A stretch of DNA of 64,000 bases, taken from assembly GCA_038087875.1 (NCBI GenBank), contig CM075992.1:9116001-9180000 (forward strand), in the 5' to 3' direction. Below are positions 14,486 through 26,399 of this stretch, one piece after another. Position 1 is the first letter of the stretch, and every line of letters starts with the position of its first letter. Both the position numbers and the translations under genes were made by a program. The notes under the pieces were generated by a model, which saw nothing but the letters and a program-made list of their open reading frames with translations, searched no databases and was not told the origin of the DNA. Source of the DNA: Malacoraja senta. Taxonomy: Eukaryota.

Positions 14486-14750
14486 GTGCAGAGGGTCTAG
14501 GAGCAAGGCCAAGTGTGCATCCAGAGACAAGGTCTGGAATAGTACTAAGTGTGCAGTCAAAGCTGGGACAATGGGAGTGTTCAGCACTGGGAACCTAAGC
14601 AGGTAAGCAGCTATGATCAGGGTAGCATAGGAGGCCAGGTGTAAGGCTGGACTCAGGGTCAGGAATGAGAGATGGTATGCAACTGGAGTCCGGGTCAGGA
14701 GCAGTACCAGGTGTGCAGTGAGACCCAGGTTGGTCAACATGGGCCAAGTG
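14486..14750. repeat. Degenerate ~36-bp tandem repeat inside the TIR element
   Basis: Recurring ccaggtgtgca...gggtcaggagcagta units at 36-nt spacing; one minus frame reads PGSHCTPGTAPD/PDSSCIPSLIPD/PESSLTPGLLCY. Confidence 0.6.
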
Positions 14751-16337
14751 CTTGATTATAATCTGATTTCCATACATGAATACACTAAGATCATTCATGT
14801 GCTGCACCTGTTGATCAGAGCCTGGCTCTACTGTGGAATGTAATTAGGAATGTAATTTTATTCATAGCTAATCCAATTTAAAGCATAAATATTGCATTCA
14901 AGTGTAAGTTAAAAGACTCGCGACAGTACACACCAGATTGCACAATCTCAAGCTGAAAAATGCAAAAGCTCCGTACCAATGGGAGGAGGGAAACCACCCT
15001 CCCACACCCTCTCCCCCTCCCCCCATCCGGTCGCTACGCTCCCTCGGGCTTGGTCTCTCGCAATTTCTCACTCCCAACTCTCACCCAATGTTGGCAGCCC
15101 TGTGATTTTATACACCTATTTAAGATCATTTTCCACCCCCCATTTTGCCAAATGGGGCATCAGACTATAGCTGAGAGAGGTTGGGGGGAAGGAAGGGGGC
15201 AAGTTTGGGTAACCAAATCTTTTTTCAGAAACAATAAACAATAACATTCAATTTCAGATTGTGATAGATTTCCACTACACTGAATATCAGAAATAAACAG
15301 GTCATTAATTAGTAGGAAGGGACTGCAGATACTCATTTACACCAAAGATAGATACAAAATGCTGGAGTAACTCCGCGGGATAGGCAGCATCTCTGGATAG
15401 AAGGCATGGGTGACGTTTTGGGTTCCGAAGAAGGGTCTCGACCCGAAACATCACCCATTCCTTCTATCCAAAGATGCTGCCCGCTGAGTCACTCTCAGGT
15501 AATTAATTAATTATTTTTCATTGAGGTTTCACAAGACCACTGATCTTCATTACCTGTAACTCTAGGCTTGGGCAAATACATTGTAAATAGGATGAACCAA
15601 ACAATGTTCTCAGGGAAATTTGCCGCACCGAGGGCCCACCCCTGCCTTCTACAGTGTTTCTGTTATTAGTAGTAAATATATAAAATTAGAACCCAGGGAT
15701 AGCCAAATGTTTAGTGCATGTGCCTTAAGGTTATTTAAAAGTTAAAGCTCCTCTGCCACCAGTTGATGACCACTGTGTATCGCTGGCATCAAGGGCTGCC
15801 GTCGTGTTAATGACAGAAAATACTTCAGGTGCAACTCAAATGTGGACCAAGAACAAGCACTCATACAACTACTGTACTGCTAATAACCTACTTGTCAGGT
15901 CAACACTATCAGTACATAGAACTTGTGGTGGATAGACACAAAAAGCGGGACAGGCAGCATCTCTGGAGAAAAGGAATGGGTGACGTTTCGGTCGAGACCC
16001 ATCTTCAGACTGAGAGTCAGGGGAGAGGGAGACTAGATATATGAAGGAGTAAGGTGTGAAAAGGACAGATCAAAGTAGACGATGGTCAAGGAAATGTAGA
16101 ACGGTTCATTGTTAGCTGAGGGGAAGGTGACAACGGGGCATACAATCAGTAAAATTAATCAAGATGACAGTGAAACAGGTCGGAGAACGAGGGTGGGGGG
16201 GGGGGGGGTATGGAGAGAGAGGGAAAGTAAGGGTTACCTGAAGTTAGAGAAATCAATATTCATACTTATAGTAGTTTAATGCTACATCACCCCCCCCCTC
16301 CCCTCATAAAAAAGCGAACAATTCCAGGCTCACTCAC

Positions 16338-16444
16338 CTTAAATTGACCTCTTTGTATAGAGTCTTCCTGCAACCACTGGTTTGTGGCCTGTTTTCATCA
16401 ATGTTGCCCTTCTTTTGTTCACCATCATAATCTTTTTCAGCCAT
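16338..16444 (-). CDS. SYCE2: Probable upstream SYCE2 coding exon (MAEKDYDGEQKKGNIDENRPQTSGCRKTLYKEVNL-R)
   Basis: Acceptor tctcctgctttcag| at 16451/16450, ATG at 16444, donor AAG|gtgagt at 16338/16337. Ends in phase 2 (AG), which joins the leading A of the 1362 exon to give an in-frame Arg. An earlier in-frame exon cannot be excluded. Confidence 0.75.
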
Positions 16445-18360
16445 CTTGATCTGAAAGCAGGAGAGTTTAACAGCTTGCTTCCAATAAGAACGGGTGATTC
16501 ATTCGGGTTTCATCTTCACTGGTTTTCTCCTCAGCGCAAAGCACCATCTGATGCTGTGTTACAATACCATGGGATCCGACCACAATTTGGTGCGTCGCTC
16601 GAGTGCTAACTTTGTGATGTTCGTCAGCAAAGATTCTGTGAATTGCATGAACAGGAAACCCAAGTTCCACCCCCACCTCACACCCTTTGATGGCAGATAA
16701 TGAACTGAACATGTGGTTTCCATTGTCACTGTAGTTCAGTTGGATTCTGGTAGTATGTTCTTCCCTCAATATAAATTGCCACAATATAAATTGAATCCGC
16801 AGCACCTCAGATTTTCACACAAAGGGCGATGGGTGTATGGAACAAGCTGCCAGAAATGGTAGTTGAGGCAGGGACTATCCCAACGTTTAAGAAACAGTTA
16901 GGTACATGGATAGGACAGGCTTGGAGGGATATGGGCTAAACGCGGGCAGCCTCAAGTAATTCTACAACCTGATGCTGCTACAAGGTTTCCAGACAGGAAA
17001 ACAAGTCTCTCTCATCCATCAAACAAATGATTATTTTGAAACAGCCTCCCTCAAAGCCCAATGATGCAAATTGAATGTAGCTGGGGCATATTGGCCGGTG
17101 TGGGCAAGTTGGGCCGATGGGCCTGTTTCCACTATGATACAAACTGTTGGCCGTTTACGATGTAGCACCATAGCCATGGGGAAGGAAAAAGGAAGTGAAC
17201 ATTTTCCTGAATGTATTTCTACAGAACTACAATATAATATGGGTACAGAAGAACTGCAGATTCTGGAACCTTGCGCAAACCACAAGGTGCCGGAGGAACT
17301 TAGTAGGTCGGGCAGTATCTGCGGAGATTCTAGGAAAGGAATATACAATTTGCATTTGGTTTGTCTGTACAAGTTTGTAACCAACTCAGCCCTTTATGCA
17401 AGCTATCTGCATGCAAATTCCTGAATTATTTGGTATTCCCAAGCATTATTGATATCTGTGCAGCCATCCCTCAAAGCCCCAATGATGCAAATTGAATACG
17501 ACAACTGTGCACTTTTACTATTCAACCCCCTCCCCTCTCTCTTTCCTGTGCCCCATCAGCATGTGCACTCCTTTCTCCTTTACCCCTTCCCAGCCTTTTG
17601 TCTTCTTTGCATCACTGGCCTATCCACACATCAACCAGTTGAAAACATTCCTCACTTGTATTCACCTATCACTTGCCAGAGCTCGTCTTGCCCCAATCTC
17701 TCTTCCAGCTTTCTCCTCTCTACTACAATTTGTAGTACAAAAATGCTGAATAACTGAATGAGGTAGAGATGAAAATATAAGTAAATGGCAGCATCTCCGG
17801 GAAGGAAGTCAAGAGTGTTTTATTGTCATGTGTCCCAGACAGAACAAACAAATTCTTACTTGCTGCAGCACAACAGAATATGTAAACATAGCACACTGTA
17901 AACAATATGATAAACGAGAGAGAAAAAAAAAGTTCAGTGCATAAAAGAGGTGATTTGTTCAGGAGTCTCTAGCAGTGGGGAAGAAACTGTTCTTAAGTCT
18001 GGATGTCCAGGCTTTCAAGCTCTACTCACAGGTGGAGGAGAGAAGGGGAAATGGCGAGGTCAAATAATCAACAAAGTTAAAGATTGAATTTGTTAAATCA
18101 CTGGATTGGAATCTGAACACCTGAGCCAATGATCCGGAGGCAAGAGCTTCAATTACACCACGAAATATTAAATAAATATACAATAATAACTCTGATGCTT
18201 GATCACCAACCGAAATGCCAAGCATCCTTCTGCCTCCCCAGAGATGTTGCTCAACCCGCTGAGGTTCCTCAGCTGTTGGCTCTTTGTGCCAGTACCACAT
18301 CGTGTGTGGAGATCTTCCTTCATTCTCTGCCCCTGATGTGGCTCTAGACCACAGTAAAGT

Positions 18361-18394
18361 GGTCTGAAGAAGGGTTTCGGCCCGAAACGTTGCC
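18361..18394 (+). ncRNA. Minimal type I hammerhead ribozyme motif (variant)
   Basis: GGU CUGAAGA A GGGUU UC GGCCC GAAAC GUU GCC; stems I and II are retained through G-U pairs. Confidence 0.55.
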
Positions 18395-18699
18395 TATTTC
18401 CTTCGCTCCATAGATGCTGCCTCACCCGCTGAGGTTCCTCAGCTGTTGCTCTGTGTGCCAGTACCACATTGTGTGTGGAGATCTTCCTTCATTCTCTGCC
18501 CTTGATGTTGCTCCAGACCACAGTAAAGTGGCAGACTGAACTGCCCTTTGCAGCGGCCCAGAAACGCAGCCACACCCAGTGGTCAGTGGGCTGAAGGATA
18601 AGGCACAGTGGTGGGATATCTGACCCCTCGCCTGCAGACCCTGAGCTCACCCTTTGCTCAGGGCCCTCCCTCACTATGCCCAAGGCCACCCATCCTTTG

Positions 18700-19360
18700 C
18701 CCAGGGCCGGACCACTCTGATTCTTTGGCCATGGTCGCCCACGCTTTGCCCCAGGCTCCCCTCCCTTCGCCCAATGCCCCCCGGTGTGTGGAGCTCACGT
18801 CTTTCCCTGGCACCAGGCCAATGTGGCGTCTCACCGTCGCTCCTGGGCCAAGGCATGGATGGCTCCCACCGCCGGCACCTCCCCGCCGCCCCCTCCCCCT
18901 TCCCCTTCCCCTCCCCCCCAGGTCCGTTGCTAAGGGCCGCGCCGACGTCAGACGGCCTCTCCCCCCCTCCCCGTGACGTCGGACAGCCTCTCCTCCCCCC
19001 CCCCCCCCATCGCCGTGACGTCAGACGCCGGGCACCCCGCGCTTTTCGCTGCATGCGGGAGGCCGAGGCCCGGACCAGACGGAGATGGACGGCAGGTTCC
19101 GCACCGCACCGCTCGAAGCCGCAGCCGCACCGGGGCGCTCCCTCAGATGGAGGGATGCTAAGGTACTTCACTGAACCGAATGACAGTGAGGGGAACACTG
19201 GGGGAAAGGGCCGCGTACGGGAACACGCGTCGGGCCGGCAGCGGTTGCCATGGGAACGCGGCGCCGGGCCTTCCCCGTGGTGGTGGGCTCGAAGGAGCTG
19301 CGGGGGGTCTGATGGAGCAGGAGGTGGGCTTCACCGGCTGTGTTGGGATGCCCTGATGTG
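18700..19360. promoter_or_regulatory. CpG island, probable SYCE2 (possibly bidirectional) promoter with CRE and RFX X-box motifs
   Basis: GC- and CpG-rich segment ~2.3 kb upstream of the SYCE2 ATG exon. Three GACGTC cores including a perfect TGACGTCA (19016-19023); X-box-like GTTGCCATGGGAAC (19244-19257). Confidence 0.65.
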
Positions 19361-19646
19361 AAAAGTGTTATTTGCCGAAAAGCAATCCGTTTAGGTGGCA
19401 ATATTATGAGTTGACAATCTTCAATATTTCTACGAGCAGAGGCCCCTGATCCTTAGGTTGGGAGAACCATCATGGTTTAGTTTACTTAGAATAACTGAAA
19501 TTATTGTACATTTATTTATTTGCTGCTGCCTTTATCTAGACAATCTATGTCTATATGCCTTTACAACTTCACGATGTAATAATTTAATTGTTCCTGTCCT
19601 TTGCTGTCCTTTGTCTAGACAATCTATCTATTGTCTATTTAATATG

Positions 19647-20678
19647 TAGCAATGTTACAAAATTTTGAGATTTAAAAAATAAAGTGCAATTTATCCCATC
19701 AGATAAAGCATAAAAAGAAGTTTAATTTGACACTTAATTCACTTTCACATCTACAGTATTAAAAAAGTTATGGCCATTTTCATACTCGGAAATTAGCAGC
19801 TTGTTCCCTATTGCTTTTCCATTGACTTAACACAAAAGCTGTGATCGAGGACAGTCAAAAACCCATAACTTTCTTAAAAATTAAGAGAACTGAAAGAAAT
19901 TTTCAGTTATTATAGATTGAAGCATTCTGAAACAAATATGAAACAATCTTACTTAGATGACATGAAATTAAAGCATATAATTAGTTAGTTACCTAATTGT
20001 AGCTAATTACAAAATTCAATTACTAGATCTAAACATCTATCAATTTCTTAAGAATAGATTAACATTTTTAAATAGCCTAAGTGTCCAAATAACATTCACA
20101 CACGAATTCACAATATAACATAATTTTTAAATCTCATTGTCATGGATTTACAGGCCAAATGGAAGGAATTGAATGTTTAATACCTGTAAATTAATGGGCA
20201 TTTAAATCATCTTGCGAGTGGAACGCGATCTTTTGGAACGTTGATTTGCGGTGAATTTAACCCCGTAGCGGCATGAAAAATTCTGCCGTTAGTTCGGGGA
20301 AAAGAATCACCGTTTCGCATTTTAAAAAATGAATTAAAGGCTTCTTAAGAAGCACTTTTATACAAAAAAATAAACTGCTTTCGTTTACCTGTCCCGTGTG
20401 TGAAATCCGTCCCCGTTGTCGGCGTTGACGGCTTTCGAAGCTGATTTTAAAATAACTCCAGCGCTGACATTGTCGATTTAATTATTTTTTTAAATATACA
20501 AAACGCCCGTAGGAACGATTTTTCAGCAAACGCTTGTACTCCAACGAAATATAATACAGGACAAGGTAGGAGAAACCCGCGTTTTAACCCCGCCCCCCCC
20601 CTTAAAGGCGCCAAAATCGCGCACACGGCCAGTGGCAGAATTGCAGCGCCGCTGAAGGTAAGTATTGTAACATACCTA
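19647..20678. mobile_element. Non-autonomous TIR DNA transposon, copy 1 (TAG...CTA ends, 7-bp TSD TAATATG)
   Basis: Begins TAGCAATGTTACAA and ends TTGTAACATACCTA; TAATATG on both sides; highly similar to 31963-33009. Confidence 0.85.
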
Positions 20679-23600
20679 TAATATGCCTTTACAAGTTCAC
20701 TAAGTAATAATTTCATTGATCCAGTTCATATTTGGTGCATATGGCAAATAAATACACTTGCCTGTATAGTAGTGCTTAAGGTGTACAGAATTGTTGAACA
20801 GTTTAAGGCAAATGCCCTTGGGGGTCTCTGCAACGATCCTGGCTGTCAATGGAGATCTCATGGCCGAGATGGCAGGCCACATTGTCTATGAATGCCCTTG
20901 AGATTCTCATCCTCACCAACCTGCCAACTTTCAAACACCCAAAGTCTTGCTGAGGGTGATCATTCTGCTCTCACTGCCACACTGGTCCTGATAAGAATGC
21001 AGCAATATTCGCTTCATTATCATCACTGCAATACCCCATGAGGCTGTGGCTCTGTGATTTACACATTCCTGTATATTTCTTAATGTAAAAATCTTTGGTC
21101 AGATTCTTCTTCACAAATCAATTTGCAACATTTTATTGCTCTCTGATCGTGTTTTCACGCTTACACCATGAAATGCATAATTGATCCAAAAGGTGTTTGT
21201 TTTCTCCTCTCTGCCACCAACAATCTGTGAAGATGCCACTGACTGAAAGCTTCGAGAACAATTCTGGCTGAATGATGTGCTGAGTTCTGAGCCGCGGCAG
21301 CAACAAGCCTGTGGTATGAATAATAAGTTATCTGACCATGAACACAATCTAGCCATTGTCTTTCTGCATCAGGCTCATCCACCTTGTCCTTTGCACATCT
21401 AATTCAAAAGTTATGTATCCTTGTTTTATCCAACTTTCACCTAGCTCCCCCTCCCACCCTAAAACAAAAATAAGAAACACAGACATTGGCCATTTCCATA
21501 TTCTCAGGATACGTTACATAATTGAAATATATAGATTACATAACATTTCAATTAGATAAAAGATGTGGGCTCCATGTTATCCCACATTTACATCCATTTC
21601 CTGCAGAGGCCAATTAACCCACAAATCCATGTCTTTGGGATGTGGGAGAAAACTGCAACACCTGGTCACAGAACGTGCAAACCTCACACCGACAGCACCC
21701 GAAGTCAGGATCGTACCCGGGTCTCTTGTCCGGGTCTGATGCATTGTGAGCCATCAGCTCTATCAGCTGTGCTGCTGTGCTACCCATATATCTACCCATT
21801 GAGCTCTGAAGAGAAAGGTCTGTGAAAGCAGAAAAAGGTGGGGACGAGAAGATTTGATTAGTGTTGGGATTGCGTTAAGGGAGGCATAAATAGCAGAGCA
21901 TGATGTATTGGATTTGGTGGCTGGTGGGGTGAACGGCGAGGACAAGGGAACTATATCCCTGTTTTCCAGAGGTAAATGGGTGAAAAGCAGAACTGTGGGA
22001 AACAGGGAAGATGGGGCTCCATCCACAACTGCGAGGAAACCGCATTCACTGAAGAAAGAGAACATCTCAGATGTTCTAGATTGGAAAGCCTCATCTTTAG
22101 GAGACCGGATGCACCACGGACATAGAGACCATGAGAAAGGGATGGTGTCCTTGCAAGAACCTAGGTAGAGTTGGCATCAATTTGAAGTAGCTGTCAGAAG
22201 AAGAGGTGGTGCAGCGGTAGAGTTGCTGCCTTACACGGAGACCCGGATTCGATCCTGACTACGGGTGCTGTCTGCACAGTGTTTGTACATTCTCCCCGTG
22301 ACCTGCGTGGGTTTTCTCTGAGTCCGAGATCTTCGGTTTTCTCCCACACTCCAAAGACGTACAGGTTAGTAGGTTAATTGGGTTGCTATAAATGTAATAT
22401 TGTCCCCGTGTTAGTGTGGTTGGCGTGGACTCGGTGGGCCGAAGAGATTCTATCCCCTGAAATTGAGACAGAGTTCAAGAAAGAACAGAGAGGTGTCAGA
22501 GATAGTCCAAGTGAATTTGAAGGCCAGGTGGAAGTTGGCAGTGGTTGATGAAATCATTTATTGCCAGGGAACTGAATACAAAAGAAGAATTTATGCTTCA
22601 GAAACAAAATAGAGTCATAGAGTCTTACAGCATGAAAACAGGCCAACTTGCCTTCACCGGTCAACATGTCCCATCCACACTAGTCCCACCTGCCTGCGCT
22701 TGGTCCATATCCCCTCTAAACCTGTCCTATCATGTACCTGTCTAAATGTTTCATAAACGTTGCGATAGTCCCTGCCTCAACTACCTCCTCTGGCAGCTCG
22801 TTCCATACACCTACCACCCTTTGTGTGAAAAAGTTACCTCTCAAGGTCCTATTAAATCTTTCCCCCCTCACTTTAAACTATGTTGTTTGATTCTCGATTC
22901 CCCTACTCTGGGCAAGAGACTGGAGCTAAAAAAAATAGCTGCTGGAGGAATGCAGCAGGTCAGGCAGCATCTACGGAGGGAAATGGACTCGGGGCCATGG
23001 TGAAAATACAGAGTTGAGATTATACTTAGATTAACCAAGATCTTCACAAGACTTATAGAGCACCCCCAAAAGGCCTGGTTCTAATAACATTATTCCTCTT
23101 CGGGACCCTTGAGAGAAAATAGTTTTCATTTACCCAAACACAATTGGCATATATTGATCTCTGAAGCCACCTGTAAAGTTATTAATGAAATGAGAGAATC
23201 GTTTGTGACGATGATGGGACTAAGGAATTGCATGCAGCAGGCATTTAGTTACTTCTTGGGTCCATCCCTGTGTGAATGGCATGGGCTATCCTTGGATCAG
23301 TCTTAGGATTCATAAAGGTTCATTTTAGATCAAACTGCAAGGCCTCTTTTATTATTGTGAAACCCAAATGAAAGATGACAGTCCATCTAGAATACCAGCA
23401 AGATTTAAAGTGTAGTAGAGATGAACTCAATGAAAAACTTTTATTAACACCTTATATAAACATCCTGAAGCATTTTATATCTGTTAAGTTTTGCACAATC
23501 AGAGATGTGGGACATCTGTTATTTGGAGAGAAGAGGTAAGCTGGGATTGTTGCTCTTAGAGAAGGCTATGGTGAGATTTATTAGAGGTGTCAAAATAATC

Positions 23601-24229
23601 AAGGTTTGAGTAGATACAATAAATTATTTATCCTTGCAGAAGGACGACTAAATAGAAGACACAAAGGGGAATAAAGTACGAAGAGGAAAGCTTTTGTGCA
23701 ACAGATTGTTGACCTGCACAGGCAGACAGACACAAAATGCTGGAGTAACTCAGCGGGACAGGCAACATCTTTGGAGAGACCTATTCCTTCTCTCTAGAGA
23801 TGCTGCCTGTCTCGTTGAGATACTCCAGCATTTTGGGCCTATCTTAGCTTCAAACCCGCATCTGCAGTTCCTACACCTGTACAGGCAGATTCAGTTGTAA
23901 TTTTTGAACAAAGAATTGGATAAGTACACAAAGAGAAAATGAATGAGTGAGGAGTGGGGCTAATTTAAAAGTTTTCAAAGAGTGGATTCAGGAACAATGG
24001 TGAAAATAGCTTCTTTACCATTGTGTGATTCTGTAATGTGTAAAATAGAACTTTGATAAAGACTTTTTGGTTGGATCATAGCACAGTAAACAGCAGGAAA
24101 TTATTTGTGCCTTTGAGCCTAATGGAAGCTGGATATTTATTACTTCCCATGTCAGTGGCAGCTCCACAACTATAATGTTATCAGATGGAATCATCTAGCT
24201 AGAACTGACATAATGGAGCAAATAATATG

Positions 24230-25895
24230 TTATTTGAGAAATGGCTGGAGGTCTGTGACTAGTGGAGTTCTGCAGGGATCTTTGCTAGGATCTCTGTTTG
24301 CGATATATTTAAATGACATGAATGGAAATGGAGATGGGCTGTTTAGTAAGTTTCCAGACAATTCCCAAATTGGTGGAGTCGTGGGCAGCAAGGGAGGCTG
24401 TCAAAGTATACAGTGGGATAGCAACAGAAATGGGTATGGAAATGGCAGATGGAGTTTAATCTAAGCGAAAGTGAGGTGTTGTACTTTGGGAGGTTTTATG
24501 TAAGGGACAAATATAAAGGAAAACCACATAACAGCATTGATGTACAGCGGAATCTTGAGCTCCAAGTCCATAGCTCATTGAAAGTGGCAACACAAGCATT
24601 GAGAGTGGTACAGAAAGCATATAGTATGTTTGCCTCCATCGGTCAGGGCATTGAGTATAACAATCAGGAAGTCATGTTGCAGTTTTTAGGGCATTGGTTA
24701 GGCCACATTACAGGAGTGATGTGGGGCTTTGGAGAGGTTGCAGAAGAGGTTTACCAGAATGCTACCTGGATGAGAAGGTAATAGCTATAAGAAAAGGTTG
24801 GACAAAATGGATTGATTTCTTTGGAGCGTTGGAAGCTGAGGAGAGATCTGATAGAAATATATACAATTCTGGGGCATAGATATGGTAGACAGTTGTAATT
24901 TTTCCCCCAGGGTGGAAATGTCAAAGACAAGAGGGCATAGCTTTAAGGAGATGGGGCAAAGTTTAAGGGAGATGTGCGGCACAAGTCTTTTTAAAACTCA
25001 AAGCGAGGTGGGTGCCTGGAATGCACAGCCAGGTGTGGTGGTGGAGGCAGTTACAATAGTACCATTTAATAGACGTTTAGATAGGCACATGAATATTCAA
25101 GGAATGTTGGAATATGGATCACGTGCAGACGGAGGATATTAGTTATACTTGGCATCATGTGTAGGAAAGAACTGCAAATGCTGGTTTAAATCGAAGGTAG
25201 ACAGAAAATGCTGGAGTAACTCAGCAGAACAAGCAGAGAAGCAATGGGTGACGTTTCAGGTCGAGACCCTTCTTCAGACTGAGAGTCAGGGGAGAGGGAG
25301 ACTGGAGATATGAAGGGGTAAGGTGTGAAAAGGACAGATCAAAGCAGACAATGTCAAGAACGGCATCATATTCGATGCAGTCTTTTTGGATAGAAGGGCC
25401 TATTCCTGTGCTGCTCTGATCTATGTTCAATGTAAAGGGTGCAAAGAAGATTTACGAGGATGTTGCCAGGACTTGGGGGCCTGTGCTATAGGGAGAAGTT
25501 GAGCAGGCTAGGACTCTATTCCTTGGAGCGCAGGTTGATGAGGGGTGATCTTATAGAGGTGTACAAAATTAAGAGAGGAATAGATCGGGTAGATGCACAT
25601 TATCTCTGGCCTAGAGTAGGGGAATCAAGAACCAGAGGACCAGTTTAAGGTGAGGGGGAAAAGATTTAATAGGAACCAGAGGAGTAACTTTTTCAAAGGG
25701 TGGTGGGCATATGGAACAACCTGCCGGAGGAGGCAGGTGCTATACCAATGTTTAGGAAACATTTATACAGATACATGGATAGGATAAGTTTAGAGGAATA
25801 TGGACCAAACACAGGTAGGTGAGACTAGTTTAGATGGGACATGTTGGTCAGCATGGGCAAGATAAACCGAAGGACCTGTTTCCACGTTCTATGAC
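24230..25895 (+). mobile_element. Degraded CR1 LINE 3' fragments with a nested Penelope-derived piece
   Basis: WRSVTSGVLQGSLLGSLF..., RRFTRMLPGL...RGDLIEVYK translations with many frameshifts. Confidence 0.8.
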
Positions 25896-26399
25896 TATAA
25901 CCGTATAGTCCCTGCCCTGAATTGCTGCTTCTAGATTGGGTTTCTTGATACTCTAGGGCTATCAGGCTCCAAATCTGTTCATCACTCACTTTCTCCAACA
26001 CAGCAGACTGTGGTTGCAGCATGGCAACTTGCCAACGCTGCTTCAGCAGAACCTTTCAAACATCTGACCTCCACTATCTAAAAGGGCAAGAAAAACAGAC
26101 GCAAACATCTATTTTCATCTCCCCATTCCTTTTCAAGTTGCACATCTGGAAATTATTGGTGCCTTTATTGGTGCCAATGCTAAATTTTGGTACCCCCGTC
26201 CCATCAGTTTTGCAACAATTCATGGAAACTTCCTGCTGCCCTCTCATTAACAATTGGAGCTGTGTCCTAATGTGGAGCTGTTCGGGCCACTGTAACACTG
26301 TAAACTAAGACACTGTAAACTGAATGACTCAAATAGAGAAAGCTATTAGACAGTGTGTGAGGCAGGAGGCAGAGAAGGAAAGCACTCAGACCCAACATG

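Larger units (their letters stand above)
11773..15102. mobile_element. Non-autonomous TIR DNA transposon (Pack-type) with 13-bp TIRs and 6-bp TSD, carrying TDP2 exon 1
   Basis: CAGGGCTGCCAAC at 11773 and its reverse complement GTTGGCAGCCCTG ending at 15102; TGATTT on both flanks. The interrupted CR1 fragment (ccctcatgattt...tatacacct) resumes after the element. No transposase ORF. Confidence 0.8.

Noticed and set aside
18608..19401. Several overlapping 120-235-aa ORFs
   Set aside because: Expected from stop-poor GC-rich CpG-island DNA; no recognisable domain.
21225..21300. C/D-box snoRNA-like stretch (tgatg...ctga motifs)
   Set aside because: No complete RUGAUGA box C, no terminal stem and no recognisable guide.
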